A stretch of DNA of 47,745 bases from Nemertoderma westbladi (taxonomy: Eukaryota > Animalia > Xenacoelomorpha): the NCBI GenBank assembly GCA_032718475.1, contig JAUCBJ010003197.1, forward strand, positions 1 to 47,745. The letters run 5' to 3'. The first letter of the stretch is position 1; each line of letters starts with the position of its first letter. Shown here piece by piece: positions 22,115 to 34,400 of this stretch. A program made the position numbers and the translations under genes. The notes beneath the pieces were generated by a model, which ran no database searches, was not told where the DNA came from, and saw only the letters and a list, made by a program, of their open reading frames with translations.

Positions 22115-25100
22115 GAATGTCCTTCCACTGGTCTTCCTCCCAGTGGTAGCAGTTATATTAATCCAAATTTATCAAACATAAATTCTTCCTCTGTTGATGG
22201 TATATTTTCAAAGACTCTTGATACTTTGGACAAACTTAACACTAAGCTTTCTCTTCCACCTCCTCAACCAAAGTCCTTTGATGGAAATCCTGCCAACTAT
22301 ATTTCTTTCTTGGCAACTTTCAGAGCTCAGATAGATTCCAAACCTCTTGATGAATATGATAAATTGAATTATCTCTTGCAGTATACCACAGGCAAGGCTC
22401 ATACCCTTATTGAAATGTATAGTGGTCTTCCTAACGGATACTCCAGTGCTTGGATGGCCCTTCATAACAGATATGGCCACCCTAGTGTTATTATCCAAAC
22501 TATTCTTGATAAACTTACTGTCAAGACAGATTTAGGTGGATCAGCAACCCAGCGTAGAGAACGACTCCGTAATTATGCTGATAATATTATGTCTAATGTT
22601 GCAGTTCTTCAGCAACTATCAGATAGCAAGGAGATGAACTCTTCAGCCAATCTGAAACAAGTTGCATCCAATCTCCCACCAGACATCCATCGTAGGTGGT
22701 GCCGCCATGCTCGTAGTTATCGACGATCCCATGGTAACCATGAACCTACCCTCCAAGTACTAGCAGCATTCGTAGATGAAGAAGCAGAGGTCATCAATGA
22801 CCCTGTGTATGTTCCCCATAGTTCCCACTCATCCACATACTCGTCTACTTCTACTGCACAAAATCAACCAAGTCAAAGGTCGCTAGCACCTACTGAACCA
22901 AAACCTAAGGTCACTACCCTTAATATAGATACAATAAAAACATCCACAAGGAAATGCATGAAGTGTAATGGTTTAGATCATGGTATTTCTTCATGTCCAG
23001 AATATCTTGAATTATCTCTTGCTGACAGAAAGAAAGTTGTTCAGGATAAGAAATTGTGTTATAATTGTCTTTATTATGACCATAACCCTTCAACTTGTAC
23101 CTCTAAATACCATTGTAGGACTCCTGGATGTTCCAAACGACACCATACAAGCCTTCATAATCCTGATGCTGCAAAGACAAAGTCCAACAATTCTTCTTCA
23201 AGTTCTATGAATAAGAATAGCACTACTTCAAAGGAAACTAGCAAATCACCTGCTAAGAAAATCACTACAGATTCAAACTTTGTACAAGGATCTATAGCAT
23301 CAGAAGAATCAGAACAGGTTGGCATATCATCCATTGTTGACTCTGAGGTCCTTTTTTCGAAACAGACCCCCTCTGTCTGGCTTTCGGTTGTTCCAATTAG
23401 GCTTTCTTTTGACAAGGAAAGTGTTTCTACATTTGCCTTATTGGATGACGGTTCTACTTCTTCTTTCATTGACAAATCTGTCATTGACCATGTTGGTATA
23501 ATCCCACGTCAAACATCATTACGATTGAGTACATTGTTAGATATTGATAAACCTGTCTCAGTCGGGGAGGTATCATGTTCAGTAACTCCTGTTCCTGGCA
23601 AGTTAGATACTGATCCAAACTTAGTCATGAGGTTCGACAAGGTCTATGTAACTTCAAATATTAAGCGTGAATTTCTTCATGACAGCAAGCACATTGACCT
23701 ACAAACTTTTCCACATCTTTTCCCCCTCTCTTTGGAATTGGCTCATCCCAAAGTGGACATTCCATCCATCACTGTCCTCATAGGTGCAAATTACCCCCAG
23801 GCTTTGTTTCGCGATAAGCATAAGTGGCCTGAACATCCTAACTCAGAACCTTCTGCTATCCACACTCCCTTTGGTTGGTGTGTAATTGGCCCTGTGGGAA
23901 ATGTTTCCCATCTTCCCAGTGTTAGTGTCCATCACATAGTTGCAAAGGAAACAACTCTACTCAGTAAGGAACTGGAACTACAACTTAATCAATTCTTAGG
24001 ACTAGATAAATTCGGTACAACTACTCCATCTGATTTTCTTATGGAAAATGATGAAGACAAAGCTTATTCTAGGGACGAACTCAAAGCACTAGAGATGCTC
24101 AAAGAATCAACCAAACTTATTGATCATCGCTACCAAATCGGAATGCTTTGGAAGCAATATCCCCCTAAGCTTGTCAATAATTACCCCTTAGCTATGTCCC
24201 GTGTTCTTAGTCTTTTGAAACGATTAAAGGATAAGCCTGACAAATATCAGCTTTATCAGGACAATATTGACCAGTACATTTCTAAGGGGATTGCTCGTAA
24301 ACTTACAGAAGCTGATATTCCTGCTGGTCCTCAAACATTCTATCTTCCCCATCATTTCGTTGAAAATGTTAACAAACCAGGACACATTCGAATTGTTAAT
24401 GATGGATCTGCTCTTTACAAAGGTGTTTCTTTAAATAATCAACTCATGGATGGTCCCAGCCTTTGTTGTTCCATAGTCGGGGTATTATTGCGATTTCGTA
24501 TTGGTGCTATTGCTTTCATCGCAGACATAGAAAGCATGTTCCATCAGGTGAAGGTCACACCACAAGATTCTGATAGCCTGCGGTTTCTTTGGCAATCTCC
24601 AGGTGCCAGTACTATTGATACTTATGCAATGTTGGTGCACATTTTTGGTGCTCGTTGCTCTTCGTGCACTGCAACTTATGGTGTTAGACGTTGCGCTCTT
24701 GACCATGCCCACCTTTATGATGCTGACATTATCATGGCCATTCTTAAAGCCATGTATGTTGATGACATCTTAAAGTCTTGCCATTCAATCAAAGATGCTA
24801 TCCGCATCGCTTTAGGGGTTATAAGTTGTCTAGAACATGGTAGCTTTCCTCTCCGGAAATTCATATCCAACTCGCGGGAATTTCTACTACATATCCCGCA
24901 AGCCAAACTAGCCATGCCATCAATAAATCTTGACATGGATGAACTTCCAGTTACACGTGCTCTCGGTGTAATCTGGAATACAGAATCTGACATTTTCACA
25001 TTTCTTTATAAGGAGAAACAGGTCCCTAACACTAAACGTGGATGTTTAGCTCTCCTTAGCTCAATCTATGACCCACTTAACCTCATATCCCCTTTCATTG

Positions 25101-27340
25101 TTGCTGGTCGTTTACTTATCCAAAACATTTGGAAGGAAGGGTTAAAGTGGGACGATGAACTCCCCAATAAACTCAGTCAACCATGGTCAAAATGGTCTAG
25201 TGAGATTTATCTTCTGTCAGAAATGACAATACCAAGAGTTTATCTTGGTTCATCACCTCCTGAAGACATTTTGTACTATGAAATACACAACTTCTCGGAT
25301 GCTTCTAAGGTTGCCTATGGCTGTGTAAGTTATCTAAGAGTTGTATCTCCGGAGTCAGTTGATGTGACTCTTCTGTTTTCTAAGAGTAGAATGGTTCCCA
25401 TTAAATCTACGCAAAGCACTCCTCGTTTGGAATTGCAGGCTGCTAAATTAGCAACAGGTGTTAGCACTAATATGGTAACTGAACTTGGCCTCTCAATATC
25501 CCAAACGCATTTCTGGACAGACTCTACAGTTGTTCTATCTTATCTTCATAACACAACCACCCAGTTTAAATGCTATGTGGCAAACAGGGTGGCCTCAATT
25601 CTTCGCGTTTCAGAGTTAGACCAGTGGCATCATGTTCCTGGTATATCCAATCCAGCTGATGATGTGAGCCGTGGACTGTCTGCTCGTGCCCTTATTGATT
25701 CTACTCGTTGGTGGCATGGTCCAGAATTTCTCAGTGAGAGAGTTGATAACTTCCCAGAATTTGTCCCTACTTCTTGCATTGAATTAGCTTCAGAGCAGGT
25801 GTATTCACTCACCGTAGCCCAAGACCCTGAGTTAAAGTTTTCAGCCGATGGCTTAACTCTCTTGCTAAATCACTCATCATCATGGAATAAATTACGAATA
25901 ACCATAGCTTGGCTTATCCGTCTTTGTAATTCCTTTACCTCACCCGATTCCGTTCTATCTTTAAAAGGAACTATGGTTTCTATTGAAGAGATACAACGAG
26001 CAGGTATGTGCATTGTACGTTTTGCACAATCTCAGCTTTACCCTACAGAGCTGAAATGTCTTCGCAATTCCTCACCAGTGCACATTTCCAGCCCATTGTC
26101 ACGGCTTTGCCCTAAGATATTCGATGATGGCATTGTCAGACTTGGCAGTCGCATTGCATCTGCGCCAGTTTCATTTGATGGTGCCTATCCCATCATTCTT
26201 TCGAAGTCACACCCCCTTGCAAAAATATTGGTTTGGAGCACTCATGTAAAATCTGGCCATTCCGGACGTGACCAGGTCACTATCACAATTCGTCAACAAT
26301 TCTGGATAATCGGACTCCAGTCATTATCCCGTTCTGTAATCAGTAAATGTTTTCTTTGTCGTAAGAAACATGCTCGTAGGATGGAACAGCTCATGGCACC
26401 ACTACCTAAGTCTAGACTTACTCCATATGTTCCTCCATTTACTTATTCTGCTGTAGACATGTTTGGCCCTTTACGAGTCAAGTATCGTAAAACTCGTAGT
26501 ACTTCTACTATAAAGCGTTATGGCATTCTTTATACATGTCTAAACTCTCGTGCCATATCTTTAGATATTGCTGCTGATGCATCAGCAGATGCCTTCATCA
26601 ACTCATTCAGGCGTCATATTGCACGTCGAGGTACTCCTAAGGAGATATTGTCTGATAATGGATCCAACTTTGTTGGTGCTGACTCAGAAATGAAACAAAA
26701 CATTGAACTCTGGTCCGAAAATTTCATTTCTGATTTAAAACCATTAGGAGTAACATGGCGTTATATTCCTCCAGGGGCACCCCATATGGGTGGAGTTTAT
26801 GAGAGATTGGTTAAAATGACTAAAGAAATTCTGTACGGCCTACTGCAAGGTGCCCTAGTTACAGATGATGTACTTTTAACCACTTTAGCCGAGGCTGAAT
26901 CTATTGTAAATAGTAGGCCCCTCTGTACTGTAACTGACGACCCTACATGTGACGACGTCTTGACACCCAATCACTTACTTATCCAACGTCCCGCCTATAA
27001 CTACCCTCCCGGACCATTTGACGACAGTGACACCTACTCTCGCCGGACCTGGAGGCAGGCACAACTTATATCGAACCACTTCTGGAACAAGTGGCTCAGG
27101 GAGTACGTCAGCACGCTCCAGATTCGCCACAAGTGGCATCGAAAACGTGGAAATCTCCAGGTCGATGACGTTGTCCTTCTCCATGAAGATGTTCTACCTC
27201 GAAACTCATGGCGGTGGGGTAGAATAGTAAAGACATTTCCAGATAAATCTGGATTGGTTCGATCTGCCGAAGTTAAAACTCCTGTTGGTATCTACAAAAG
27301 ACCAGTTAGAAAGATGTGTCTTTTGGAGGAAGCAACCTGA
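22115..27340 (+). CDS. pol: BEL/Pao Gag core-protease-RT-RNase H-integrase polyprotein
   Basis: Open from 22115 (the track start at 22226 is TTG). DUF1759-like FDGNPANY; zinc knuckles CMKC..H..C, CYNC..H..C and CRTPGC..HH..LH; protease ALLDDGS; RT YVDD; RNase H/Peptidase_A17 region FSDAS, PRLEL, WTDS; integrase HHCC and VDMFGP/SDNGSNF/GVYERLV; C-terminal DUF5641-like FWNKWLREY. Confidence 0.97.
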   Translation, partial: ECPSTGLPPSGSSYINPNLSNINSSSVDGIFSKTLDTLDKLNTKLSLPPPQPKSFDGNPANYISFLATFRAQIDSKPLDEYDKLNYLLQYTTGKAHTLIEMYSGLPNGYSSAWMALHNRYGHPSVIIQTILDKLTVKTDLGGSATQRRERLRNYADNIMSNVAVLQQLSDSKEMNSSANLKQVASNLPPDIHRRWCRHARSYRRSHGNHEPTLQVLAAFVDEEAEVINDPVYVPHSSHSSTYSSTSTAQNQPSQRSLAPTEPKPKVTTLNIDTIKTSTRKCMKCNGLDHGISSCPEYLELSLADRKKVVQDKKLCYNCLYYDHNPSTCTSKYHCRTPGCSKRHHTSLHNPDAAKTKSNNSSSSSMNKNSTTSKETSKSPAKKITTDSNFVQGSIASEESEQVGISSIVDSEVLFSKQTPSVWLSVVPIRLSFDKESVSTFALLDDGSTSSFIDKSVIDHVGIIPRQTSLRLSTLLDIDKPVSVGEVSCSVTPVPGKLDTDPNLVMRFDKVYVTSNIKREFLHDSKHIDLQTFPHLFPLSLELAHPKVDIPSITVLIGANYPQALFRDKHKWPEHPNSEPSAIHTPFGWCVIGPVGNVSHLPSVSVHHIVAKETTLLSKELELQLNQFLGLDKFGTTTPSDFLMENDEDKAYSRDELKALEMLKESTKLIDHRYQIGMLWKQYPPKLVNNYPLAMSRVLSLLKRLKDKPDKYQLYQDNIDQYISKGIARKLTEADIPAGPQTFYLPHHFVENVNKPGHIRIVNDGSALYKGVSLNNQLMDGPSLCCSIVGVLLRFRIGAIAFIADIESMFHQVKVTPQDSDSLRFLWQSPGASTIDTYAMLVHIFGARCSSCTATYGVRRCALDHAHLYDADIIMAILKAMYVDDILKSCHSIKDAIRIALGVISCLEHGSFPLRKFISNSREFLLHIPQAKLAMPSINLDMDELPVTRALGVIWNTESDIFTFLYKEKQVPNTKRGCLALLSSIYDPLNLISPFIVAGRLLIQNIWKEGLKWDDELPNKLSQPWSKWSSEIYLLSEMTIPRVYLGSSPPEDILYYEIHNFSDASKVAYGCVSYLRVVSPESVDVTLLFSKSRMVPIKSTQSTPRLELQAAKLATGVSTNMVTELGLSISQTHFWTDSTVVLSYLHNTTTQFKCYVANRVASILRVSELDQWHHVPGISNPADDVSRGLSARALIDSTRWWHGPEFLSERVDNFPEFVPTSCIELASEQVYSLTVAQDPELKFSADGLTLLLNHSSSWNKLRITIAWLIRLCNSFTSPDSVLSLKGTMVSIEEIQRAGMCIVRFAQSQLYPTELKCLRNSSPVHISSPLSRLCPKIFDDGIVRLGSRIASAPVSFDGAYPIILSKSHPLAKILVWSTHVKSGHSGRDQVTITIRQQFWIIGLQSLSRSVISKCFLCRKKHARRMEQLMAPLPKSRLTPYVPPFTYSAVDMFGPLRVKYRKTRSTSTIKRYGILYTCLNSRAISLDIAADASADAFINSFRRHIARRGTPKEILSDNGSNFVGADSEMKQNIELWSENFISDLKPLGVTWRYIPPGAPHMGGVYERLVKMTKEILYGLLQGALVTDDVLLTTLAEAESIVNSRPLCTVTDDPTCDDVLTPNHLLIQRPAYNYPPGPFDDSDTYSRRTWRQAQLISNHFWNKWLREYVSTLQIRHKWHRKRGNLQVDDVVLLHEDVLPRNSWRWGRIVKTFPDKSGLVRSAEVKTPVGIYKRPVRKMCLLEEAT

Positions 27341-28020
27341 CTCCAGCACCTCTTTAGTACCTCTCATCCATGACATATTTTACATAAATTCTTTCTACAT
27401 ATATTGTGGACCCACATATTTTGGAGATTTTTAGTTAAATTCGTTTCGATTTATTTCAATAAATTACAGCTATAACTTCTATGTAACTTCCAAATAACTT
27501 AATTATATTGTCTTATGAACTGTATGCTGTATTACCGTACATAACATACATACCTATTATGTAAATTAACGAAGTTAACGTCCTATTGTACTTGTACTTC
27601 GCATATATGTAGTACAGTACATATATGCACAAACTCACGTGGTTGTGTCTACTATGTAGTTTTTAGTTGTTAAAGTTTCAAATTTATTTTGGAGGTGTAT
27701 TACTTCTACATTGCTTATCTATAAAATATCTCATACCGGTATATATATTTAGTGCAGTGTGTAAACTCATTTTTCTCTTGTATAATTCATTCATATACTT
27801 CTTTAATTTCATAACTTCTAACAAATCCTTTCTTTCATTATCGCCTCGTGGATCAAGTTCATTGATCAAAATAATAAATAAAATAAAAATAAAAATCTGA
27901 GACAATTATAATAATAATATACATATTTACTTAAATGTATATATATATGACTATATAAATGTATATATATGACTATATATGATCTAGAAAATAATGTATA
28001 CAAATAATCCCTTAATAACA

Positions 28021-28266
28021 TAATCATAGCGTACAGTATGTGTACCCTGGTAAAAGAGGGATTCCACAACATCACTCATATAACCTATTCCCTGTCTTAC
28101 TAATATAATCATCTTGTACAGTAAGTGTACCCAGGTAAAAGCGGGATTCCACAAAATCAACCATTTAATGATCCCCTATGTCCCACTAACAACATCTGTA
28201 CTGTATAGTGGTCCCAGGTTAAAGCGGGATTCCACGCATTCATACATTTAACCCCCCCTCTGGACA
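28021..28266 (+). repeat. Three diverged ~84-bp units with a conserved hairpin-like core in the element's 3' non-coding region
   Basis: GTG-x2-CCC(T/A)GGT(A/T)AAAG(A/C)GGGATTCCAC at 28040, 28125 and 28208. Confidence 0.85.
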
Positions 28267-28277
28267 TATAAATAATC

Positions 28278-28478
28278 TGTCCCGGCTAAACAGTGGGAAA
28301 GCGGTTTGGGTCGCTTTTGGTTATTTTATGAGGCTTTGCCGGTAAAACCTTCATTTGGCGGCTGTAATACTAACGCCCGTCAGCCCGTATTCTACCGTGC
28401 TGGCGCGCTTGGCGTAATTTCATCACCTGAGCATGTAAACGTTAATTGCCAATGGCCTTTAAAATAAATATTCTTTAT
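28278..28478 (-). repeat. Perfect inverted copy of the last 201 bp of the LTR (19768-19968)
   Basis: Read base by base it is the reverse complement with no mismatch seen. Confidence 0.97.
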
Positions 28479-28484
28479 CTTCGA

Positions 28485-31400
28485 ACAGAACAACAGATCT
28501 ACAGAAAGACAGATCTACAGAATGACAGATCTACAAAACGACAGATCTACAGAACGACAGATCCACAGAGCGACTGATCTAGAGAACGACAGATCTACAG
28601 AACGACTAATCTACAGAACGACAGATCTACAGAACGACAGATCTACAGAATGACGGATCTACAGAACGACTGATCTACAGAACAGAAGATCTACAGAATG
28701 ACGGATCTACAGAATGACAGATCTACAGAACGACAGATCTACAGAACGACTGATCTACAGAACGACAGATCTACAGTACGACAGAATGACGGATCTACAG
28801 AATGACTGATCTACAGAACGACAGATCTACAGAACAACGGATCTATAGAACGACGGATCTACAGAACGACAGATCTACAGAATGACTAATCTACAGAACG
28901 ACTGATCTACAGAACGACAGATCTACAGAACGACTAATCTACAGAACGACTGATCTACAGAACGACAGATCTACAGAACAGAAGATCTACAGAATGACGG
29001 ATCTACAGAATGACAGATCTACAGAACGACAGATCTACAGAACGACTGATCTACAGAACGACAGATCTACAGTACGACAGAATGACGGATCTACAGAATG
29101 ACTGATCTACAGAACGACAGATCTACAGAACAACGGATCTATAGAACGACGGATCTACAGAACGACAGATCTACAGATCTACCGAACGACATATCTACAG
29201 AACGACATATCTACAGAACGACAGATCTACAGATCTACCGAACGACAGATCTACAGAACGACGGATCTACAGAACGACGGATCTACAGAACGACAGATCT
29301 ACAGAGCGACTGATCTACAGAACGACAGATCTACAGAACGACAGATCTACAGAACGACAGATCTACAGAACGACAGATCTACAGAACAACAGATCTACAG
29401 AATGACGGATCTACAGAACGACAGAACCACAGAGCGACTGATCTACAGAACGGAAGATCTACAGAACGACAGATCTACAGAATGACAGATCTACAGAACG
29501 ACAGATCTACAGAACGACAGATCTACAGAACGACAGAACCACAGAACGACAGATCCACAGAGCGACTGATCTACAGAGCGACTGATCTACAGAACGACTG
29601 ATCTACAGAACGACAGATCTACAAAACGACAGATCTACAGAATGACGGATCTACAGAACGACAGAACCACAGAGCGACTGATCTACAGAACGACAGATCT
29701 ACAGAATGACAGATCTACAGAACGACGGATCTACAGAACGACGGATCTACAGAACGACATATCTACAGAGCGACTGATCTACAGAACGACAGATCTACAG
29801 AACGACAGATCTACAGAACGACAGATCTACAGAACGACAGATCTACAGAACGACAGATCTACAGAATGACGGATCTACAGAACGACAGAACCACAGAGCG
29901 ACTGATCTACAGAACGGAAGATCTACAGAACGACAGATCTACAGAATGACAGATCTACAGAACGACAGATCTACAGAACGACAGATCTACAGAACGACAG
30001 AACCACAGAACGACAGATCCACAGAGCGACTGATCTACAGAGCGACTGATCTACAGAACGACTGATCTACAGAACGACAGATCTACAAAACGACAGATCT
30101 ACAGAATGACGGATCTACAGAACGACAGAACCACAGAGCGACTGATCTACAGAACGACAGATCTACAGAATGACGGATCTACAGAACGACAGATCTACAG
30201 AACGACAGATCTACAGAACGACAGATCCACAGAACGACAGATCTACAGAACGACAGATCTACAGAACGACAGATCTACAGAACGACAGAACGACGGATCT
30301 ACAGAACGACGGATCTACAGAACGACAGATCTACAGAACGACATATCTACAGAACGACGGATCTACAGAAAGACAGAACGACAGATCTACAGAACGAAAG
30401 ATCTACAGAACGACAGATCTACAGAACGACAGATCCACAGAACGACAGATCTACAGAATGACGGATCTACAGAACGACAGATCTACAGAACGACAGATCT
30501 ACAGAACGACTGATCTACAGAACGACAGATCTACAGAATGACGGATCTACAGAATGACAGAACCACAGAGCGACTGATCTACAGAACGACAGATCTACAG
30601 AATGACGGATCTACAGAACGACAGATCTACAGAACGACATATCTACAGAACGACAGATCCACAGAGCGACTGATCTACAGAACGACAGATCTACAGAACG
30701 ACAGATCTACAGAATGACGGATCTACAGAACGACAGAACCACAGAGCGACTGATCTACAGAACGACAGATCTACAGAATGACGGATCTACAGAACGACAG
30801 ATCTACAGAACGACAGATCCACAGAACGACAGATCTACAGAACGAAAGATCTACAGAACGACAGATCTACAGAACGACAGATCTACAGAACGACATATCT
30901 ACAGAACGACAGATCCACAGAGCGACTGATCTACAGAACGACAGATCTACAGAACGACAGATCTACAGAATGACGGATCTACAGAACGACAGAACCACAG
31001 AGCGACTGATCTACAGAACGACAGATCTACAGAATGACGGATCTACAGAACGACAGATCTACAGAACGACAGATCTACAGAACGACAAATCCACAGAACG
31101 ACAGATCTACAGAACGACAGATCTACAGAACGACAGATCTACAGAACGACAGAACGACGGATCTACAGAACGACGGATCTACAGAACGACAGATCTACAG
31201 AACGACATATCTACAGAACGACGGATCTACAGAAAGACAGAACGACAGATCTACAGAACGAAAGATCTACAGAACGACAGATCTACAGAACGACAGATCC
31301 ACAGAACGACAGATCTACAGAATGACGGATCTACAGAACGACAGATCTACAGAACGACAGATCTACAGAACGACTGATCCACAGAACGACAGATCTACAG

Positions 31401-34400
31401 AACGACAGATCTACAGAACGACAGATCTACAGAACGACAGAACGACGGATCTACAGAACGACGGATCTACAGAACGACAGATCTACAGAACGACATATCT
31501 ACATAACGACGGATCTACAGAAAGACAGAACGACAGATCTACAGAACGAAAGATCTACAGAACGACAGATCTACAGAACGACAGATCCACAGAACGACAG
31601 ATCCACAGAGCGACTGATCTACAGAACGACGGATCTACAGAACGACAGATCTACAGAACAACAGATCTACAGAATAACAGATCCACAGAGCGACTGATCT
31701 ACAGAACGACAGATCTACAGAACGACAGATCTACAGAATGACAGATCTACAGAGCGACTGATCTACAGAACGACGGATCTACAGAACGAAAGATCTACAG
31801 AACAACAGATCTACAGAATAACAGATCCACAGAGCGACTGATCTACAGAACGACAGATCTACAGAACGACAGATCTACAGAACGACAGATCCACAGAACG
31901 ACAGATCCACAGAGCGACTGATCTACAGAACGACGGATCTACAGAACGACAGATCTACAGAACGACAGATCTACATAACGACAGATCCACAGAGCGACTG
32001 ATCTACAGAACGACAGATCTACAGAACGACAGATCTACAGAATGACAGATCTATAGAACGACAGATCTACAGAACGACAGATCCACAGAACGACAGATCC
32101 AAAGAGCGACTGATCTACAGAACGACGGATCTACAGAACGACAGATCTACAGAATGACAGATCTACAGAATGACAGATCTACAGAACGACAGATCTACAG
32201 AACGACAGATCCACAGAGCGACTGATCTAGAGAACGACAGATCTACAGAACGACTAATCTACAGAACGACTGATCTACAGAACAGAAGATCTACAGAATG
32301 ACGGATCTACAGAATGACAGATCTACAGAACGACAGATCTACAGAACGACTGATCTACAGAACGACAGATCTACAGTACGACAGAATGACGGATCTACAG
32401 AATGACTGATCTACAGAACAATGGATCTATAGAACGACGGATCTACAGAACGACAGATCTACAGATCTACCGAACGACATATCTACAGAACGACATATCT
32501 ACAGAACGACAGATCTACAGATCTACCGAACGACATATCTACAGAACGACAGATCCACAGAGCGACTGATCTACAGAACGACAGATCTACAGAACGACAG
32601 ATCCACAGAACGACAGATCTACAGAACGACAGAACGACGGATCTACAGAACGACGGATCTACAGAACGACAGATCTACAGAACGACATATCTACAGAACG
32701 ACGGATCTACAGAAAGACAGAACGACAGATCTACAGAACGAAAGATCTACAGAACGACAGATCTACAGAACGACAGATCCACAGAACGACAGATCCACAG
32801 AGCGACTGATCTACAGAACGACGGATCTACAGAACGACAGATCTACAGAACAACAGATCTACAGAATAACAGATCCACAGAGCGACTGATCTACAGAACG
32901 ACAGATCTACAGAACGACAGATCTACAGAATGACTGATCTACAGAACGACAGATCTACAGAACGACAGATCTACAGAACGACAGATCCACAGAACGACAG
33001 ATCCACAGAGCGACTGATCTACAGAACGACGGATCTACAGAACGACAGATCTACAGAACGACAGATCTACATAACGACAGATCCACAGAGCGACTGATCT
33101 ACAGAACGACAGATCTACAGAACGACAGATCTACAGAATGACAGATCTATAGAACGACAGATCTACAGAACGACAGATCCACAGAACGACAGATCCACAG
33201 AGCGACTGATCTACAGTACGACGGATCTACAGAACGACAGAACGACAGATCTACAGAAAGACAGATCCACAGAGCGACTGATCTAGAGAACAACAGATCT
33301 ACAGAACGGTTAATCTACAGAACGACTGATCTACAGAACGACAGAACCACAGAGCGACTGATCTACAGAACGGAAGATCTACAGAACGACAGATCTACAG
33401 AATGACGGATCTACAGAACGACAGATCTACAGAACGACAGATCCACAGAACGACAGATCCACAGAGCGACTGATCTACAGAACGACGGATCTACAGAACG
33501 ACAGATCTACAAAACGACTGATCTACAGAACGACAGATCTACAAAACGACTGATCTACAGAACGACATATATACAGATCTACAGAACGACATATCTACAG
33601 AACAACATATCTACAGAACGACGGATCTACAGAACGACGGATCTACTGAACGACAGAACGACAGATCTACAGAACGAAAGATCTACAGAACGACAGATCC
33701 ACAGAGCGACTGATCTACAGAACGACTAATCTACAGAACGACTGATCTACAGAACGACAGATCTACAGAACGACAGAACCACAGAGCGACTGATCTACAG
33801 AACGACAGATCCACAGAGCGACTGATCTACAGAACGACAGATCTACAGAACGACAGATCTACAGAACGACGGATCTACAGAACGACGGATCTACAGAACG
33901 ACAGATCTACAGAACGACAGATCTACAGAACAACAGAACCACAGAGCGACTGATCTACAGAACGACAGATCCACAGAGCGACTGATCTACAGAACGACAG
34001 ATCTACAGAACGACAGATCTACAGAACAACAGATCTACAGAACGACAGATCCACAGAGCGACTGATCTACAGAACGACAGATCCACAGAGCGACTGATCT
34101 ACAGAACGACAGATCTACAGAACGACAGATCTACAGAACGACAGATCTACAGAATGACGGATCTACAGAACGACAGATCTACAGAACGACAGATCCACAG
34201 AGCGACTGATCTACAGAACGACAGATCTACAGAACGACTGATCTACAGAACGACTGATCTACAGAACGACAGATCTACAGAACGACTAATCTACAGAACG
34301 ACTGATCTACAGAACGACAGATCTACAGAACAGAAGATCTACAGAATGACGGATCTACAGAACGACAGATCTACAGAACGACTGATCCACAGAGCGACTG

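Larger units (their letters stand above)
19314..28478 (+). mobile_element. BEL/Pao LTR retrotransposon inserted in the satellite, with non-canonical 3' end
   Basis: Starts TGT exactly at the satellite junction; polyprotein has Gag, protease, RT, RNase H and integrase in BEL order with BEL-type motifs. Confidence 0.96.

Noticed and set aside
19779-27227. Short alternative-frame and antisense ORFs over the LTR and gag-pol
   Set aside because: Shadow ORFs without recognisable domains; no env-like ORF is seen downstream of pol either.
28251-28262. Inverted polypurine tract (minus strand AGAGGGGGGG)
   Set aside because: Not adjacent to an LTR start on that strand, and it aligns with the C-rich part of the 84-bp repeat units.
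28021-28266. CRISPR-like repeat-spacer array (also considered for 4215-4428)
   Set aside because: Spacers are homologous to each other, the context is eukaryotic and there are no cas genes.
19314-28478. DIRS-type element because of the inverted repeats
   Set aside because: It encodes an aspartic protease and a DDE integrase with BEL-type motifs and no tyrosine recombinase.
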